Shown: positions 24,801 through 36,800 of the stretch, piece by piece
Layout of the letters: each line of letters begins with the position of its first letter
Numbering within the stretch: the stretch's first letter is position 1
Source of the DNA: Botryllus schlosseri
Lineage: Eukaryota
Assembly: GCA_051294905.1 (NCBI GenBank)
Contig: CM119381.1
Span: 19,406,001-19,470,000 of the forward strand
Length of the DNA stretch: 64,000 nt
Direction of reading: 5' to 3'
Program-made: the position numbers and the translations under genes
The notes under the pieces: model-generated
Databases searched by the model: none
What the model was told of the DNA's origin: nothing
Seen by the model: only the letters and a program-made list of their open reading frames with translations

Positions 24801-27800
24801 TCCGAGTGCACCGACAGTATGTCCGATATTCCGTTGAATATATTTTTTATATCTTCTGCCGCCAGAATTGGATCTTTATCTTCTACCGCTCTTTCTAGTG
24901 GTTGCTTGTACACCTGCAGTGGCACATACTTAATACCAAAACCAATGCAGCAGACATGCTGTATGGTCGTCAGTGGATTATAATGTCTCTTTCATTACTG
25001 AGCATAAGCAATTCCAGCAGGCTACCATACATTCCAATTTCTACCTCAATGATGATCTTCAAATTCCGAATGTATGTCGTCTCTGTCTGAAGTAGTTCCA
25101 TCGCCGTTAGTTGCCTTTTGGATGGGGGTGTGCTTGTGATTGAGTCACTGAAAAGGAAATTTTCTCTTTAAACTGTTGCGATATACATCCAATGATGTAG
25201 CATTTCTGAATATTGAATCGTTGATAATTCTACATCATAATCAAGTCATGAAAACAGATCAGCATACGTATCGCCATTCTTAGACTCCTCGTCGCTTGGC
25301 TCAGTAATCAGTGGGATTGTTAAGCTGTGGTGTCTTTTCAATTGGCGAGATGCGGGTGGCGACCGCTCTCTGACAGTTTGATGGAATTTAGGAACATTGA
25401 TTCTGCTCCATTCTTCACCGTGCGGGCTGAATTTTCTGTCATGCTCTGTCAGCAATGGTGTTTTATCGCTATCTAGCTGATATCCTGAAGTTGTGGGGGA
25501 CTGGATATCACAGGAAGAACGCTGATTTTCTGTATGCTGTGAATCATCGTCTCCATAATCGCTGGACAGCAATGGCTTTCTCTCAGAATCCTAGATTAAT
25601 AATTCATGTTTTTCATGTGGCCATACATTGTAAAAACACGTCTTACATCTGACGAACCCTTGATGCCGAAGCACTGCAAAATCTTGCCGAAGCAATTCCC
25701 CATAGTTTCTTTCACAATCGTTACCCAATGTACAAACGCATGACACTCTTATTTTCTATGCTCTAATTCAAAGCAGCTGTAATTACTACATGAAAACTGT
25801 TAGCCGATTAAATCTAAACTCCCTGCAAACCATCCGACTAGCAATACATATTAGTCTAAATGCACTATAGAGCGATTCGATACCCATTCTCCATGCATGA
25901 CATGAATAATTTGATGACTTCCTATGCAAACTACCCAAACATTCGATACCGCACACTTAGGCACAGACCTGTTGTTATCAAAACTACTACACTACAAAAT
26001 AGCAAGGCTTCTCGCAAGTGCCGACACAATTGATCAGGAAGTGCTTTTTCATACATATTCAAAAACAAAACCATTGTAGCTGAAACAAGTATTACATACT
26101 GCATACACCAATACGATAGCAGGATGATAATCCAGCTGCTTTCTAACTCAATTAAATTACCGTCATATCATAAGCTTGTTATAAAGCGACTCCTTCCACC
26201 GTCGGCATTCATGTGATATCTAGCTTACTGAGGTATTTTGATAGGGAATCCACCTTATCTCATGATACTGTCGTATAGTCACATTTTCAAAAATTCCAAG
26301 ACTTTTCCTAAGGTATGATTGGAAAAGAGATGAAGGATTCAAATGTCGGCGAGTGCTACAAAGCTTAATTAATTGCTAGCTTGTCTTTGTGACAAAACAC
26401 ACTGAAACTGTTGATTTCCTGAGTTGCCATGTCTATTAAATTTATAATAGCCTGCAGCTTCCCATTGCCATAGCCTGAACTACAAGTATGCTCGGTATGA
26501 TAGGCGGCTATTACGCTTTCTTCAAAGGTTGTGAAACACCAATAATATGCTCGATTGACTGAACTAATATCAACGTCATGTGAGACGCTTGTAATCGTGA
26601 TCATTCAGCAGATGTCAAAGTACAAATGACTCATTACATATTTTGATTTAGAAATTCCATATTGCAAGAATATTTCTGGCCCGATGTCCATAGAAAACTA
26701 ATATGTGAAACTTATTCATGACTGCAACCTGCAAGGCTTCTTTATTTGACTTATAATGCCATCCTTCAGAAAAGCAATGGTTGACTTTGTTGTGATGATG
26801 GAATTATGGTGATACATTTTAGCACTGACAGGTGACAGTCAGGTCCCGTTATGCTGTTGACAAGTCTGAGATATATAAGTACATAGTGTCTGTTGGTTGC
26901 TAACCTCATAATTTCTATAGGCATGCATACGTCAAGTTGAGATAACATAGAAATAGATGACTTCGGCCTTTTGCAAAGTATATAAGGTGATGATTTATCA
27001 TATTCAATTTGAAATGTTAATATTTGAGAATCATTGCAAATGGATGTTTGCAGAATATAACTAAACACGTTGCTATAGCAAAAGTAAATAGGATCCAGTG
27101 ATCAGTTTAGCAAGTGCGGAAAGACCAGTTCTTTTTAACAAGGTCTCAACCCACTCCTTTCCATAGTACAACACTTTCTGGTTTCCCTGACATCCTTACC
27201 TTCTCATTAAAACATCTTCTTGAAGGTCCCCACTTCTGTTGTCTTTTTTCTTGAGACCTAATCTTCTCCTAATTGGGCTAATAAGCACTTTTGCACCAGC
27301 ACCTCCATCTTGAATAAGCGTTGCTCCCAGGGCACTTAGTGATGTGATCAAACTTAGTTTATAGAAAAAACTGAAGCTTGTCACAGGCCCTGGCATGATG
27401 AAGCGTATGATACTGCAGGCATCTGTAATTGAGAGAAATATCTGTTAAAATATGTTTTTGATGATTGCGGTTCAGTAGTGATGTACTCAGTGCAGAGGTA
27501 ACGAAACATTGATATGAGTCGGAGTCAGATATGACTGAAATGAATCTGGTTGAATTCCCACATGGATAATAGGTCTATGGGAGTGGTGCAGGATGGCTTA
27601 CACAGAGATGTAACTTCCAATTCATCTGATTGCTATATTATGACTCGGGATGTCATTATCCCACAATGTAAAGCCTTGCTATGCTAATCATAAATCAGCC
27701 GATTACTACCATACTCCATGCAGACTAAGGAAGCTAAGAATCACTTCACAAATTATGTCAAAGAATTGACTGAATAATGCAAGTATCTCGATAGATAAAA

Positions 27801-30800
27801 AGTACTTTATACTTCATTATTGACCATCTCCATAATTATATAATACGATTGGGTTATTGTTGAACACTACAAGGGTAGGAGTGACGAAATGATTTTTTTG
27901 TCAGCCATAAATAATTTTCGGTCATAACATAACATGGTATATAATTGAAAAAACAAGTTTCAAGACACTTCCATAAACAAAATCATATTTTTCACCACCA
28001 GCAGACTTGAAGCGAGGCAACCAAGGCCTTCTAACTACACAACATCATGGGTGGTTTATCTACAAGTTTTGAACCATGAAAAATCTTATGAACTTGTCTT
28101 ACAGTAAGTGCAGCACTCTGCAGTGTGTAATCTTACTTGCAACTGCTAACATCTTTGTCAGATACTGCTTCAGATTCCCCTGACTAATGGCCAGAAAATT
28201 TGTGACTACATTGCGCTTGTACGTTTCTGCTCCCACTACTGCCACGGTGCCGAGTAGAGATGCCCTCGCTGCAAGATATCAGAAACAAATAATTTTAAAC
28301 AATTATTTTGAAGCACATCGCCAACTTACCAACAAAATTCAGCCAGCTGTGAATATACCAAAATAGAGTCCCGAGCAACCCCACTTCTTCATATGGTAAA
28401 AAATTTCTTGCTGAAATTAGGTGTAGAAACAAACTGGAGCAGGCTAGGCATCCGATGGCTTGGAAGAGGTGCTCGGGATTCATTTTCCGATTGTGTAACA
28501 AAGTATGGTATAATTATGTAGCTAGCTTACATCTGTTATGCGGACAGTGCATGTTACTGTTATGGAGATATTCAACATGTATTGTTAGGTAAAAATATCA
28601 GCACCTCTACAAAAACTTTGACTATGTGTACTGGTTTGAGGTGGATTGATTCGTGTCATCCACTGTATTTGATTAGTTAGAACTACTAGCTACATATTCC
28701 ATTGTGACCTCACCATGGATAAATTGTGCCAACTACCTTTTACGTCAGCAAAGCTGTTCTGCCACCTAATGGAGTTGCCCTACCTGACAGATTGAAGCGA
28801 AATGATAGCCGAATAACCTTTAGTTTACACCAGATGTACTTGTTACGGATTGAATTATATTTTTGCACCATCTGTTAAATAATTCAGGACAATATATTTC
28901 CTAATTGTATTAGCCTACATCAAAGGTTCTCAACTTCCCTTGGACAACGGGCCGCATTCTAGCAGCAGAAAACGGTGCGGGCCGCAAAACATTATCATGT
29001 ATTTGTGGGCTACTATTAAATTAAGGCTACTGTAGCCTATTTACGAGGCGTATACTGGCATTTAGTAAATTTTTATGCATTCTAAGGCATTAATGGATAG
29101 CGTTCGTATATTTGCGGTTGCTGTTTTTTGTGAGAATATGTTTCTTCCAGCTTCGCAAGTAATGGAGCGTGCAATGCATTCGTTGCCTATTCGGCATATG
29201 CACCTTTAAACTAACCCGTCCACAATATAACCTAACTGTATGTCTCAATGCGGGAGCAAGAAAGTTCAAAATTACGGTAATTTTTTCGTGACAGAGGCCA
29301 TTATCACATTGAGCTCTCAGTGGTATGAGAAGCGTCATTTCTGAGCAAACCAATCAACCCTTCTCATTTCCTTCCATAGATGGAGCCCTGCACCAATAGT
29401 TACAAAAGTCAGCTTGGTCAATTTGATGATTTACTCTAGTCCCGTGCCCACGCTTGCCCTGCCAGTATTTCCTCTGCAAATAGTAAATATGTCCCCTGTG
29501 ATAAAATGCACCTAATTACCTAATTAATTATGAAATGTCTGTGGAGTCGATGGATTTGTCCAATGCTAGGTTGCTAAAGTAAGTCTATACGCGGCAACGT
29601 GTTGCAGAACATGTTGTAAAAGATATACCGACATTGCTGTTACTCTTCTGGCAAGGTTGAATCATATAACTGCAGCTTCGAAATTTGTCAGGTGATGTTG
29701 TCCTTGCTGCTAAGATTCGGTAACAGCGAATATTCGCACAGTATGTTAAAGTTTCATTGAAGTGACGCCTTCTCTAGCATATTTCTTGGGTTTCGCGATA
29801 CACCAAGCAATTTCGAACGATGCGTCTTAAACATTGTCGGCAATTCTACCAACGCCTCAGAATATGGATTTCCGGCTTGACAACTAGCTGGTGACGTTTT
29901 CTAAGATCAGACGATACGTATAACTATACAGAAGAAACTGCCGTGGCATCATTTTAGGCTTCTACGCTTCGTTACGACAACTGTATTTCGACAAACATGA
30001 CAAATCGGTTTCTCATTAATATCTGAGAAAGCAAACCCAGTTTTCGCTGTTTAATTTCCCGTTCCTTGTTCTTGTTTTTGTTCGAACGATTTGCAGTGAG
30101 TGAAACACTCTTTAAAAGTGTACTACACTACAGCAGGAATCTCTTGGAACAAGAGTTCATCTAAATACCGATTCAAAACAATAACAATCAACTCGATAGC
30201 ATATATCAAGAAACTAGAACACAACAAAGAATGAGTAGTCAATTACAATTACAAATAGCCTATAATTAATATGTAACAATACTGTGTCAGTAGTAATTGC
30301 GTTCATAATGAAAGACGTCGCGGGCCGCAAAATAACTGTCTGCGGGCCGCGGGTTGAGAACCCCTGGCCTACATCAAACCAGCGATGACTCCTGTCCATG
30401 TTGATAACAGGCTTCAGCTTTATTAACAGTTCTTGGATTCAGTTGTGATACGACCCAAAGAGACCCATAGAGAGCACATAATTTGAGTACTGAAAAAATT
30501 GATCTCTCTTCACTCGACTCTAATCATTACAATTAATACTCGATTCAGATTTATTTAAGTACTTGAATCATTGAAATAACCCATATTGTGATGTTAACTA
30601 CACTTGCAGATATCTGCTATATAGCAAGATCTAACAGACCATTGCTCACTGTATGAAATCACTGATCTTGATCACTCATAATCATCAACCAATACATACA
30701 CAGGAGACACACTTTGAGTGGGAGGTTATGTTTACATTTAAATCGCACTTTCTTAGTTCAAACACATTGCAGGCAGTTGAAGCTATACATCGCCTTTGTA

Positions 30801-33800
30801 AGTGGATTAACTAGGACGTGTCAACGTTTCTATCACAAATTTAATTACAAGGTCTGCAACAGTTTAAATTCGGTGTTGTTGTGCATAATCTGCAATACTG
30901 GCCAATATAAAAAGCTAGGTGAGGTGAAGGCTAGCAACATTACCCAAGTAAATTTTTAGCGGTAGGCCTATATATGCTATTGCTATATTGATATGTACTA
31001 ACACCAAAACTGAATTCACACTTTCTGACGCATATTAGTACCTTATACGAATAAAGATTCTCTCTCTATCCTTCATTTCCGTTCACGCTACTCGGTTCGT
31101 CAGAAGTGCTATGAACACAGCATTTTACGTATAATTTGAGTCATTAATAGCCTCTATCATCAGATTGTGCCGTCTGTAGCCCTACATCTTTGCATTATCT
31201 ACCGCAAGTTAACCCGGGAAAGTCGGCCGCCCACTGAAAAATTCATGGCATTCGAATCGATTAGGATATGACGTAATTCTAAATTCCTCACATTGATATG
31301 CGACTCTATTGGATATCCCAGACATAAACAGTAACATGTCGCGGCAACCATGTCTGCAACGCAGCAAAACGCGAAACAATATGTTGCACGTGTCTACCTG
31401 CACAAGCATAAGGCTGCATACTAGTATATAAGCTTAGCCGATAGTGAGATGATACCTCCCGGCGAAAACGTATTTCCTTCTTGCTTGTTACGCGCTGAAC
31501 GGACTACGGAGCTTTTGTAACTTCTTCACTGACTTGGTCAACACGTCTGATGTAGGTACCGACAGCCTACCGGCCGCTACACACAAAACTGTTTGGTCCT
31601 CTCTGATCGCCGCGACTATATGTTCAATGTTCATCCAGCCATGCCTCGAATATCAAGCGATGTGCGATGTTTGCGTTTCGGGTGTGACTAGCGAATTTGT
31701 GATAGGAAACGAGCATAGGGTAGTTCACAAATCGCTCTATACCCATAACCAACCAGGACTTAAGCTACTTGTATTATTCGTGGTTGTTCTTATGGAAAAT
31801 TTGAGTATTAACTGGCGCTATCACAATAAGTTGAATTTCAACGTTATATGATTTACATAAATATTTATACAGCTTCTTGGAGGTACAGAACTTCAATATA
31901 CAATTGAATACTTGAATAGTATTGAATTGAATTGAATTCTCTACTAGTTGCTGACGATTACCCCTGACGAGTGTCAGCCGAAAATATTCGGGTTCATTTC
32001 AATATGAATACACTATTCAATAAATAGTTATTTCTGTCAAATTCGGGCCAGCATACATTATAAAATATCAGGACCAAGATCGAAAACTCTCGGCACTAGG
32101 CCGAGAGGGATGTTAAATTTAAAGACTGTAACCTACTTAGTTGTTTCGACAACTTATCTGTTCATTACATTGCATTGTGTCATGCGTATCCCATTATACA
32201 GTTTACACTGTGTGATATGACCAGATAAAGATAATACAGCCGCTGATTATGAATATGATTGTTCCCGAGTAAGAATTGAATTGATGTCATGACATGACTT
32301 GTGACCATGAAATTTCCTATATCCACACTGCGCTGATGAGTGCAGGAACAATGCATTGCCATGATCAAGCGAACGATGATTGAACCGGTTATGTATTGTT
32401 TGCTGCTATCATATTCCATACCTGCGAAAGCTGGGACTTCAAATTATGTCACATATATAGCTTGAATATAAACGGGATGGAATATATTCACCATATTCTT
32501 TCAAAAGCCTGTACTTCTGCAGCCAGCGTATGCTTTAATGACAGACGAAATTCTTCTCCCTGAATAAATCCGTCCCGGCCCAATGCCGTATCTGCAGCTT
32601 CGTACTTTATTTATCAATTTAGTTTTATGATATGATTGTACAATGTACAATGTACAATTGTACAGTACATAAAGTAATACACCGAAGAAGATGACTCGAT
32701 GCTAACGCATGCCAATTATCGCAATAATCTGCTGCTACCCATTGCACAAAAGTGATCTGAATGGTCTGGTGAAGCTGACAAACTGATGACTGATATGCCT
32801 TTCCGCAATGTTGAGATGATAATGACACGACATCGTAACAGAACGAACGCCTTTACCGTTGTGTTGTAGCATTAGCATCAACATCAAGGAAAATACACGC
32901 CTGCAGGATGTGTTGTCACAGTGGTTGTTGTATTAAACTTTCACTTCAGTATATACAACTCGCACTTTGCGCAGCTAGGTTCATAAAATAGGCCCGTCGT
33001 CAACTGAAATTCAATGTTAACGGTAGACTTCCAAGACGCTCACACCTGATCGTTATTGCTTTTATTTTTCCTCGCACTGCGCTATTAAGCTTTACTTTCC
33101 TTACGTATGTAATTTTACGGTTCTATGATTGCACTAAAAGCCTGGCATTTGGTGTAGGCTCCCTATCGGAATCAGGTATAGTTCGATTGTCAAAAATGCA
33201 CCTATTGACTGTAAAGCAGTGGTTCTCAACCGCCGGTCCGCGACGACATTCCTGCCCGTCCGCGAGGAATATTACAATTTTATACTTTAATTTCAAGATG
33301 CAATGTTGAAGGCTTGTCCTTTGATAAAATAAATAAAACATCTAATTTTAAACTGATTCAAAACTTCGTGCGGTAACATTAGGGCTAGAAACATGTTCGA
33401 TTTGACTTAAAGTACAAGACGTTTCATTTGACGACATGCGAGCGACAAAAATAGAACAGATACGAGCTCACTCATCGCTAAGCAGCGGAGTTTGATCATT
33501 GGTTTTCGATTCATTTATTTTGTGCAGGACCGTAACTGGGACACCCCAAACCGCCCAATTGGAGAGGGGCCGAGCTTGAAAAGGGCCCAAAATTATTTCG
33601 CAAATGAATATAAATCATAGCGTTTTATTTGAAACCTTTTCCAACATTTTTCAATTTCTTTTCGGGCTTGGCACCATTTAGTGTCCCTAAATGTCTTGCT
33701 TATTAGGTGCCCTTCTCCGAGAAATACGCATGATTTATAGGCATTTCGGCGTCAGCCATTGCCGCACCACGACGTATCCACACATAATGAAGTTTAGGTT

Positions 33801-36800
33801 AACATATGTGACTCCGAAATTTGGGCCTAAAACTCGACCGCGAGAAAAGCGCTTCAGTCGTGAACGATCGAAAATTGTCGCCGTTGTCGCGATAAGCTAC
33901 GTAAACTCTCTGCTTACGCTGAGTAGAATGGATGTGATCACAAGTAAAGGTGAAAACATCCACCCAAGTGTAGGGTCTTGGGGCGAAGGTCACTACCATA
34001 AAATCACATGGATGCCATCATGAATATTATTAAATACGATCAAAACCCTCCAAATGTCACTCTCTAGCATCATATAATTGTCAAAAACGGTTGCATACTT
34101 TACATTTTGGCTTCATTTCAATTTTGACAGTTCACCGTTCCGCCAAACATTTTTTGAAATTTTACCGGTCCGCGAGGCGAAAAAGGTTGAGAACCACTGC
34201 TGTAAAGAGTCACGCTTTCACGATTGGATACGAATAACTTTTTACAGTCGTGCCCGTGACGGATTGCAGCTTGACATTCTCCCGCGTGCGCCTGTCGCCA
34301 CCTCTAACCTTCGCGCAGTTTCTACATTTTGTAGACTGGTTCGGTCAATTGCACTACATCTTCCGTACCGTGTGTGCAGCAGTTAGGGCGTCTTTCGTCA
34401 CTTCTTTGATCTACGCATGTTGCCCATCTCTGATAGGGTGGCATTTGCGTGTTTTCAAGCGGTTTGGCTTATATCTTTCTGACAGTACTGGTCAGTGGTC
34501 ATGGTCGGTCAGCTTGCATTCATCAGGGGGAAATTGAATCTACCACGTAAGCCCTCTTGTTCGTAGAATTGGCATGCTGAATCCGAAGTCTTATCATAGT
34601 GTGATCTTGCATAAGGCCAGGCTTGACCATGATTCAATATTGATTATGCCATATTTTCGAGCTGATAATATCAGACGGAATTATATGATCCCACTGTATC
34701 TGGAAACAGGGCCTGATTTCTATCGTATCCAATCCAAGAAATTCACATAATATATATATATGTATATTTATACCGTATATAATAAATTTATACAAAAATA
34801 TTGATAGCGATATGGCAAGTGTAACGACGCTATAAAAACCAATGTCTTTGTAATTTGCAATTCACGTCTTTATCAATTGTCCTTAAATCGTAGAAAGGCT
34901 AGCCTACTGCACGACATGCGAAATTGATGAAATGAACAGTAAACGCGGTGGAAAGTGGATGATGCGCCGTAAACATAACATAAACCATCGACGCCAGTAT
35001 TTCTATCTGTACGAGACACACAATGTACAGTGCGATCAAATGAACAGATCAGATGGAGGATATCGAAGCTATACCACGCGCGGTTCATCCATCAAACATC
35101 TACCTTGACCTACTTGTATTAATGCCCGACAGAGCTGGGACATTCATAGTGTCCATGACCATTAACTGCCGTATAAACATAGTCATCAAATGTATTATGA
35201 AATCAATATGGCACGAAGGCTTTGCTAACAACTAGTACGGCCACTTAGTGGTTACGAAAGAATAGAAAACATTGCCAAACCATACCATAATGGGGTCGTT
35301 TTCATAAAAGACGTGATTACAGCGCGATATGTCGGTTATTTTTCGTACTTTTCATATAAAAATCGGCACAGAAAATCCCGGCGATGCTTACAAATCGGAA
35401 CGACGTTACGTAGGCATGCTCTATGAGTCTACGGTGAATGGATGAAAGTATATATTCAAATTGCTGCCTGAGAGTTGCTGTGCTGCTTTGTTCGCGTACA
35501 CATGCCCGTTATTGGTTCTGCGACCTTCCGGCGACACCCAATCAAGTTCAGTCAATACATTACATTGCGTCGCAATCTTTCAGTTTTTCTTCCATTTGCT
35601 GATTTTTTTCGTGATGGGAGTCACGATCGTCTTGGCTCCAGCGCCGCCGTCCTCTGCGATCGTGACGACCAAGGCGCTCAGCGAAGTCATGAAGCTGAGC
35701 TTGTAGAAGAAGGTAAAGCTCGTGACTGGTCCCGGAGTGATGAAACGGATAAAGATAAAAAATGCTGCCGAAAAATAATTGTGCGTTAGTAGTACTACAG
35801 TACATGGGTTTTGGTCGGCAGGGAGCAAATGACGCTTTTGGCCGCTCAATTTTCGATTGGTTATTGTGACGTTATATGTATTGGCTACGTCATAATGAGA
35901 GACTTCCGGTTTTGTGGAAATTATTTCCCCACAAATTTTAAAGCGCCATTTCCAAATATTGCTACGCCTGCGGTAATAAAGACTATAGATTCTAATAACC
36001 TCAATGATTTGAGAAGTATGCTGGACCTCTTATATGGGATATTTATCTTCTTGTTTTTTTCAAATCCAACTTGTAAAAGGACACGGAATATGGTAACAAC
36101 TAAACACAGATTTGAACCGCCTCTGCCGTGCATACAAAAATACACCATGATAGCCGGATTACTTGACAAGCGGTCACATTGGACACAACCATGCGTTTGC
36201 AGCTCACACTTGAGACCAACGAAGTCAGCTTACTTGCAGCCATCAATAATTTCGTGATATACAGCTTCAGTTTGCCGCGACTGATTTTCAGAGTGTCCGT
36301 GACGATGTTTGGTTTGTAAACCTCCGCGCCAATTGCGGCCGCCGTCGCGAGCAAAGATAATCTTGCTAAAAAGATTTGTGATTCTGATGAGATCTGCATT
36401 TTGGAATATCTCGTCATTCAAGTCTTACCGACTACATTCGACCAGTAATGCATGTACCAAAACAACACCCCAAGAAGCCAAACTTCTCCGTCTGGCAGGA
36501 AATTTCCGGCTGAAATCAGATGCACGAGAAGGCTGAAACCGGCTAGGCCTCCGGTGGCAAGGGTAAAATGATCGGCGTTCATCATCTTGAGTTGTTGAGT
36601 ACCGCGACACGACACTATTACATGCTTTCATAATAATCGTATAGAGTAGTTATTGTACAGGCCGTTGGAGGGAGTGGTAAGCGCGAGAATCGCAGATCAG
36701 GATACTACTATCGGGACTTGCTTTTGCGCATTGGAAAATATGTATAGTAGTATATCGATTACTCATTTCCGTTTGGCCTACTGCGATTCCCCATGCTATG

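Noticed and set aside
25246-25267. Read-through tail DTYADLFS* as a LIR-type motif
   Set aside because: It lies beyond a good donor (AC|GTATGC at 25267) that links in frame to the DH exon, so it is probably intronic.
25147-27422. Fusion of membrane paralog A to the ECT2-like DH-PH exons (both junctions are phase 2)
   Set aside because: Formally possible, but each gene has its own simpler complete model: an ATG exon at 25703 with a 56-nt intron, and a terminal exon at 26307-26220. Only RNA data could revive it.
30400-32420. Possible ECT2 N-terminal (BRCT) exons, e.g. MEYDSSKQYIT at 32419 and MNIEHIVAAIREDQTVLCVAAG near 31640
   Set aside because: No BRCT motifs, stops close by, and no phase-compatible chain to the DH exons could be built.
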